Positions 46,401 through 55,400 of a stretch of DNA of 64,000 nt are shown in pieces (position 1 is the stretch's first letter; each line of letters starts with the position of its first letter). A model generated the notes under the pieces. The model ran no database searches, had not been told where the DNA came from, and saw nothing but the letters and a program-made list of their open reading frames with translations. Source of the stretch: Atopobiaceae bacterium (lineage in GTDB: Bacteria; Actinomycetota; Coriobacteriia; Coriobacteriales; Atopobiaceae); contig JAFWMH010000032.1 in NCBI GenBank assembly GCA_017510785.1, positions 9,763 to 73,762 on the forward strand, in the 5' to 3' direction. The position numbers were made by a program, and so were the translations under genes.

Positions 46401-49400
46401 CGAAACGGGTACGTTCACCATTCTCGCGGTTCACAACGTCGACGTTTTCCAGGAAACTTCCGACCTCGTGGACCCCAGCGCCAATCCTGCGTACAGCTAC
46501 GTGGCCCAGTTGGATTTGAGTGGTACGGGCCTGAGTAGCGCGGCGGGTTTTGACGAGAACAATCAGTGCGCTTTTGGACTGCCTGGCGAAGGTTCGAACC
46601 ACAATCAATTTAACATGCAGATTCCCTACGGTGCGAAGCTTACCGTTACGCAAACGAGCGCCAACAGCGACTACCTTACCACGTTGGCAGTGGACGGCGC
46701 CTCCTACGATGACGGTGGTTCAGCCAGCTGCGTTATTGATGAGGTAAACGACTACTATGCCATCACCTTTACGCACACGCGCATCAGCCTTCCCGTACAG
46801 GCTATGGCTGGTATCGATCAAACGGAAGAAGGTGCTGCGACGGTTGGGCATGTGTGCCATCTGGGCATTCCGGGAGGCGACGCACACGAGCAGCTCTTCA
46901 ATAACGATACGGAACCATACTTGCAGGAAACCCTTGGTTACACGTTGCCGACGGATAAATACTACGAATTCGATCACGCGAGCCTCTTTGCCGAGAATGG
47001 TACGAGCATTGCTACTGGCGTTACGGCGGTAACGTATGATCAGGCGAGCGGCAATTGGAAGTACAAGACCGATGGCGACTATGCGGACCTTCCCGATGGT
47101 GCCGTGGTTCGTATGTACTACTATCCCAAGTACATTTGCAAGGTTGGCGAGGAAAAGTTCTACACCCTGAATGCGGCTTTGGATTATGTGCAGGAGACTG
47201 CCGCAAGCCAAGGCGGCGAGGAGCCTGCGGAGGCCCAGTCGAAAACAGCTACAATCGAGATGCTGCTCGGTGAGTATCGTATGCCCGCAACCGATAGGCT
47301 CACCATTCCTGCCGGATACGATATTACGATTACGACGGCGACCGAGGGATACACGGGAGCCTCTACTCCTGCGGTCATTAAGAGGAGGAACGGCTTCTCC
47401 GGCAATTTGTTCGTCAACAACGGCAAGTTGACGTTTAAAACAATAACGTTGGATGGTAACGGCGAAAGCGTTACCGGCGCGGACGCATTGGTGTTGAACA
47501 ACGAACATTCCGAGCTGCTGGTAGACGGCGATGCAATCGTTCGGAACACGAACGGTGTTAATGGCAGCGCGCTCTACATGGCTGGTGGCACGGCAACGAT
47601 TAATGGTGCGTTGCAAGGTTACTATGCCACGCATGGCGGAGCCGTGTACGTAGCTGGCGGCATGCTGAACATCGCCGGCTCAGTTAGTACCACTAATGGT
47701 GCGGTAACCGCTACAAGTGGTGGCGCGGTCTTCATGACAGGTGGCACGGTGAATGTTCAGGCCGGTGCGACTATGAATGGCAATACAGCCGTGAACGGCG
47801 GCGTATTCTATGTTGAGGGCGGCACCGTTAACATCGGTGCCGGCACCCTGAACAACAATAAGGCAACCAATGCTGGTGGCATGCTCTACGCCACGGGTGG
47901 AGACGTTAATATAACTGGTGGCACCATCAAGACGAATCAGGCCGTGAATGGCGACGGAGGAGCCATCTTCTATAATGCTCCGGGTGCACTCAAGGTTTCG
48001 GGTGGCACGCTCCAAGGCAATAAGGCGACGAATGGTAACGGTGGCTTCATTTATCAGTCGTCTGGTGAAGCTACGCTTTCGAGTACGATTAACGAGACTA
48101 ACACTGCCAAGAACGGTGCGGCGATTTACGTGCACGCCGGCATTGCGAACTTCAATGGAGTGAACATTACTGGGAACAAAGCCACTGAAGGCGGTGCCGT
48201 GGGCGTAGACGAAACGGCGAGACTCTACTTCTATGGCAATGCGAAGGTTACAGGCAATACTAATAGCAGTCTCTCCACGAGCAAAAAGGACTGCAACGTT
48301 TACTTGGACGAAGACTCCGACGAGATCATCAATGTTCCTACGGCAGAAATGGGCGGCAGCGCTAACATTGGCGTATACGTGGCCGATAGCGTTCGTGCTA
48401 CGCGTGGTGAGGTGTGCTGCAGCTTCGGTGCATATGTGAGCACGAAAAATTTGGCCAAGTTTAAGGATGATCGCGGCTTCTACAATGTGTACAATGCGGG
48501 CAACAAGCTCTACTGGGGCAAACCGATAAAGTATACGGTTCTGTACAAACAATCGGGCCTGTTACCCACATCTTCGGGAACCACGCAGCTTCAAGCGGCA
48601 AAAGAGTACTACCCGCGGAAGACGGAAAATGCCATCTACGACCTTGTAACGACGCTTTATAACGAACAATACAAAGACAAGATTCAGTCGGGCTACGTGT
48701 ATGCGTATTCGTATGTGAAGAACGCGACCGCGTTCGAGAAGTACATCACGAACATCGATTGGGATGCAACGAGTCGGAAGTGGGTCTTCAAACAACATGA
48801 CGGCACGTCAACGAACGCAACAAATGAGTTTACGATTTACTATTCTGATGCGGCGTATATTTCGGTTGTGAACAACAGTGGTTACGATCTCACCATCAAT
48901 CCTCTCACAGTGATGGGGAAGGATGTTGTATCGGACGGATATGGTTACACCATTGCAGTCAATAACGTAACGAAGTCAACACTGGTACCGATTACCAGTG
49001 ACGAGCTGACGATTCCGCATGAGGGCTCGGTCAAGCTGTTGTTCCCGGGCGCCACGAGTTCGAGCTGGTCTACCGACGGCGTGTTTGCGGGGGCTACAGC
49101 AGCGAATGCCATTTCCTATACGCTGGATAGTGCCCATGGTGGACAGCCACAGCAACTAGCGACGACTGATGTCGAAGGGGGCGCAGGGTTCAACAACCTT
49201 TCCGGCACCCTGTTGAGCGATGCTGGCGTTGTTTACGAGATTCTCTTTGGCGACCCAACCCCCATTTGCAAGGTGGGCAACGTGCCCTTCACGAAGCTGA
49301 CTGATGCTATGTCGTACATCACGACCAATGGCATGACTACGGCGACGATTGAAATGCTGGTGGATTACCAACAGCCTGCGGACGATATCCTCGAAATACC

Positions 49401-52400
49401 TGAGGGCTATAACATTACTCTAACGACTGCCGAACGAAAGAGCGCCTCAAATCCGCTCGGGTATGTTGGCGAGGATTCCACACGGGCAGCTATCAGTCGT
49501 AGCTCGGGCGATATGGGTTCCGCAGTAAAGGCACTTATACGAGACGATAACACTACGGTTCTCACGACAGACGAACAATGCACAACGTCAATTACGCTAA
49601 GCAACATAATCTTCGATGGTAAGGCCCTTGGCCAAGGTGGGCAAGGTGGTGCCATTAGTACGGTAAACACGAAGGTCAGCGTCGATGGCTGCGAGTTTAA
49701 GGGTTATACTGCGGCTCGCGGTGGCGCGGTATATACGAGATGGGGTCAGCTGGAGGTGAAGAATTCAAACTTCACAAAATGTCTTACGCTTTCTACCGCT
49801 GATAAAACAGGTGGTGGTGGCATTTGGACTACTGCGCATTCTCTATTGGTGGAGAACTGCGTGTTCAATGAGTGCTCTTGCCCCAACGTATCGAATGGTA
49901 GGGCGCAGGCGGGTGCCGTATTCCACAATATTCGAAATGACGGGGCGGTGGTCTATCCCAACGATCCTCAAAAGTTCCCAAAGGGTTTCTCGAAGGGATC
50001 GCAGACCGATATTATTGATTGCAAGTTCTATGACTGCTATGCTGCGAATGGCTCCGGCGGAACGGTGGAGTCTGACGCTTGGGTAATCAATATTGAGGGT
50101 TGCGAGTTCTATCGAAGCGAAACCCGTAAGGCTGGTGGCAACGGTGGAGCAGTCAATATTTATTCGAACGATAACACGAGCATTTCCAAAGATAGTATCC
50201 TGACTGTCGAGGACTGTTATTTCGAAGACTGCTCGGCGCCGAACGGAAATACAAATGGTGGCTGTGTACGTACAAATACATATGCTGCAGTTGTGAGGAA
50301 TAGCGTCTTTAGAAACGCGCGCTCCAACAATACGGGTGGCGCTTTATCGATGACGTATGGGACTGCTGGTAGACTGGAAATTGATGGATGCGCGTTTGAA
50401 AACTGCAGCTCGGGTACCAAGTGTGGCGCTGTTTATGCGCAGGCGCTCGTCCTCACAATTAAAGATTCGTTCTTTACGAACTGCACCTCACCATCGTATG
50501 GTGCGGTTTATCAGGATAAAGATTCTACAGTTGCATCGGTTACTGTGAGCAATAGCAGTTTCGAAAACTGCTCCGCTACGAACAGCGGTGGCGGCGCACT
50601 CTATGCTACGGCCAGAAACCTAAGCATTAGTGGTATGTTTGGCGGGAAAAGCTATACTACGAGCAGCGGAGAGTACGGGTATGCCTGTGGAGACGAATCG
50701 TTCACGTTCGACAATTGCACTGCAACTCGTGAGGGCGGCGCAGTGTACCATACGACTGCTGGTACCGAAACACTTTCTGATGTTGTGTTCACGAGTTGCT
50801 TGTCGGGAGTGAGTGGTGGCGGTGCATATCTCGGCAATTCGAAGCTTGCCGCTTCGAATGCAGTATTCAACAACTGCAAGGCAGCGAACAGCGGTGGAGG
50901 TCTCTACATCTCGCCAAGTACGAATGGAGCTACCTTTAGTGATGACTGCTCGTTCTCAGGCAACTGGGTTACCGCTTCGGATGGCAAGGGCGGATCGCTC
51001 TACATTAATCAGGGCACCGTTACGATTAACGGGGGTTCCTTTGCGGACTCGAAGGCAGCTTACGGTGGCGGTATTTATCAAAAAGGAACGCTCACGCTAA
51101 ATGATACGAGTATTGCAGGATGCTACGCAGCAATGGCGGGTGGCGGTCTCTACCACGAAGGCACAACCACAGCTTCTGGTTCCATTGCCGACTGCTATGC
51201 CGCACGCGGTGGCGGCGTGTATTCATCGGGAGCGCTTACGATGGGCAGCGCCCCCGGCGCCATGAGCATTAGCGGTTGCTACGCGAAGGGCGTCACCATT
51301 AGCGAGGATGGAACGGCAACAGTTGCCGCATCGTTCACGCCCGATAACTTGGGCGGTGGCGTGTACAACAATGCAGGCAACGTGTCTAGTGCTGCGACAA
51401 TCGAAAACTGCAACGCCTATGATGGCGGAGGTATCTACCAAGCCAATGCCACCTTTACCACGTCTGGTGGCAGCATCGAAGGTAATGATGCTACCCACTT
51501 TGGCGGCGGCGTGTATTACGCAGGCGGCACGTTTAAGATGTCGAGTGGCGTGAGTGACGTTTTGGTTACAGGCAACACTGCCAACAAGGGCGCCGGCGTG
51601 TTCGTGGCCGATGGCAAGACGATGGATGCTAACGTCTGGGGCGGCTATCATTGTGAGATTTCTGGCAACCATGCCCGTAGCGAGGGGGGAGGCATCGCCG
51701 TAGGCGGCCCGAACGCAATACTGAAGTTTAAAGACTACATTATTGTGAAAGATAACACGCAGGTTGACGAAGACACCGCGTGCAATATCTACTTGGATCA
51801 GAACAGCAATACGGTGATTCAAACGAGCGGCACGCTTGATACAAAGTCATACATCGGCGTTTATGCTTCAAATGCTCAAGAAGCGGCACACGGAGTTCCT
51901 GCCATGCCCTTTGGCACTAGGGCAAACGATAACAACCTCAATCGCTTCTTTAACGACCGCATACCGTATCTCTATGGCTATAAGGGTGCAAACAAACTAA
52001 TAGTGTGGTCGGATTTTGTCTGCAGAATTACTGATGGCGAGGGGAACTTGCTCTACAAGGACGCGGAGTGCACTATGCCTGCGGTGTATCCGGTGCTTGA
52101 GAACGATGGCACAGAAAGCGCATTCGGTGCTTTGGCGGCTGCAAACTACAAGCTGTACAACCACGAGCGGGAGTACGGCAAGCAAAGTGGTGATGCGTAT
52201 CAGGTCCAGATGTTGGTGCAGGATTATGCCGCAACAAAACCAATGAAGCTTGAAACTGGCAAAACGGTGACACTGACTACCGCTACCGAGAAGGATGAGT
52301 GTGGATTCCAGTACAACGGCGATCCCAAGCATCCGTATGCAACAATAACAAGGGCGGCAAATGACTTCAGCATGATATCGAACACGGGCGGGAACTTGAC

Positions 52401-55400
52401 CCTTGCCAAAGTCGTTGTTGACGGTGGTTCCGAAGCCGGGCGTTCGACCAATACCAATGGCGGTTTGATCATGATTACGTCGGGCGGCACGGTAACCCTC
52501 GACGATGGGTCAACGCTACGAAATTCGCTCCGCTCCGGCAATACTGGCTCAGGAGCAATTCGCATGGAGTCAGGTACAAATAACATGCTCGTCATGAAGG
52601 ACGGAGCGCTCATTACGAATTGCAGTGGCTCCGAATACGGTGGAGCGATAAGCGTGAAGCAGGGAACATTTAGCATGGAGGGTGGCAGCATCACCAACTG
52701 CTCCTCCAAAAGCGGTGGTGCGGCACGCATAGATACGAATATGTATATGTCGGGTGGCGTCATCAGTGGAAATAACGCCACAGTTGACGGTGGTGGCATC
52801 TCAATTGGTGGCACAGGGTCACGGCTGTACTTCTCGGGCAATGCGGTTGTTCAGGACAACACGTTGAATGGCAGTACGACCTGTAATGTCCAGCTGTCGC
52901 AATATACCCATGGGGTTATCAATACCTATGGTGACGGCTTGGGTGCCGAGGCCAAGATTGGCGTATACACAGCGGGTACCGAGAGCAACACCAGTTCGCT
53001 GTACTACAAGCACGGAATGGCGACCAAACCCTTCGGTACGTGGGCGAGTGACGCCAACTTGTACTGCTTCGTTAACGACCGCAACGGTTTGACCGGCGGA
53101 AAGAAGGACCTGACGAGCGCCACGGATAAAACAATCTACTGGGTGGGCAAGCCGGTGCTCGCCATTATGAAGGTGGTCGAAAGCGATTGGTCCGCAGACA
53201 AGAACACGGCGTTCAGCTTCACCGTTACGCTCGATATGGAGATGCCTGCGGGTGGCATGGCCGCGTATGGCTTCGTCGCGGGCGAGGACGGCAAACCGAC
53301 ACGCACCTTCACCCAAAAGGATGGGGAAGACGCGTACCAAATCGACCTGCCGGAGAAGCTGCGTGGCACGCCCTATACCGTGACGGAGAACCTTACGAGC
53401 GACCAAGAGAGTGACTTCAACACTCAGATCCACAAAGTGGCAAGCGATCTTGAGGAGTCCATTGGCGGCCGTAGCATTGCGGGTATCCTCGGCGAGCACG
53501 GTACCACCACCTCCGACCTGACGTTTACCAACACTCGCGTGACGGGCGAGCTCAGCGTTTCCAAGACGATGCAGAGCAAGGACGAGGCAGACTTTAATAA
53601 GGCCTTCGACTTTACGGTGACCTTGGACGATGCAACCATCACCAAGGTGTATCCTACCGTCGTGACGCGCGTGAATGAGGGTGGCGAGAAAACCGAGACG
53701 GACGAAGAGATTTCGTTCGTGGAAGGTGTCGCCAACCTCCAGCTCAAGCACGACGAGAGCGTGACGATTAAGGATCTTCCCACAGATGTGCCGTACACAG
53801 TTTCCGAGGTGGTTCCCGAGACGGATCAGGATGCGTACCGCACGCGTGTGAGCAAGGACGGCGCGACTTCTCATGCGGGGACGTCGCAAGCGGGCACCGT
53901 TGGCGAGGTCGTTAAGGAAGGTGTTTACACGTCCAGCGTTGACTTCATCAACAATCGCTTGGAAATTGTCTGCAAGATTACCAACGCGAACAGAGAGCTC
54001 TTGTACTACAAGGACAACGGGGAACTGACGCCGGCCATTTACTTCCGGTTGGAGGATGCGTTTGTGCAAATCAACAACGGTGGGTTGCGAACCAGCAGCG
54101 ATGGCTCCGCCTCGGGCGCGTTGCACATCGAGATGGTCGTGACTGATTACACCATGGAAGAGCCGGCCATCTTGAACAAGGGCAAAACCGTAACGCTTAC
54201 GACGGCCCGCACGACTGACGAACGGTATCCCTATAACTATGGTAAGGATGACGAGAACGGCAACACCTCCGTCGTCTTGCGTGGATACAACGGCGACAGC
54301 ATGATTGTTGATAGCGGAACCCTTACCGTGGATAACATCACGCTGGATGGCAATGCCGAGAACAACTACGTTTCCACGGGAAGTGGTGGCATCATCAAGA
54401 CGAACGGCAACGTGCGTCTTACGGTGAGTGCGGCTGCAACCCTACGCGATTCCACGGTGAGCGAGGAGAACGGCGGAGCCATCTGGATGGACGAGAACGC
54501 GCAGCTCACGATGAACGGAACGATTGACAACTGCAAGGCTTACGCAGGCGGCGGAATCTATGCGACCCCGAACTTTAGGTCCGTTACTGTGGGTGGCACC
54601 ATATCCAACTCCGAGGCAACTACCGGAAACGGCGGCGCGGTTTGCGCAGGAACGGGCGGCACTGTAACGATTAACAACAATGCAATGCTTGAGGCGAACA
54701 AGGCCCATACGTATGGCGGTGCGATTTACGCCGAGAGTGCAGTTACCGTAAAGGGCACAATTAGGAACAACACTGCTCACGATGGTGGTGGCGTGTACGT
54801 TGGCGAGGGGGCCGCGTTTACCATGTCCGCCGGATCGGTTGCTGGCAACGAGGCCCTTGGCGGCAATGGCGGAGGCATTTGGGTGGACGGAACCACACGC
54901 ATCACTGGTGGCAGCTTTGCGGAAAACAAGGCGCTCGATGTACTTGATTCCGGTAATGGCAAGGGTGGTGCGATTTACACGACCACTAGCGCAGTCGTTT
55001 CCATCTCTGGCGCGAACACGACGTTCGCGGGTAACCAGGCCAAGCAGGGTGGTGCGATTTACGACCAGTGCCTTGTAACCATGGCGGGAGGCAGCATGAC
55101 GGCCAACACCGCGACCGAAACGGGTGGCGCGGTTTACGTGGATGCCGAGCACCTGTTTACGATGTCGGGTGGAAACATAAGCGGCAACAGTTCTCCTGAG
55201 GGTGCCATTTCCACGGGCGAGCACGTCGTGCTCACATTCTCGGGCAATTCAGTGGTGAGTGGCAATACCTCGAGCGATGACGCGACCGTGCCCATGAATG
55301 TGTACCTGGGGTACGACACTAACGCCATCATTACAACCTCTGGCCTCGGGAGGAACGCCAACATTGGCGTGTACGCTGCTGACGGGGAAAACGAGGACAT

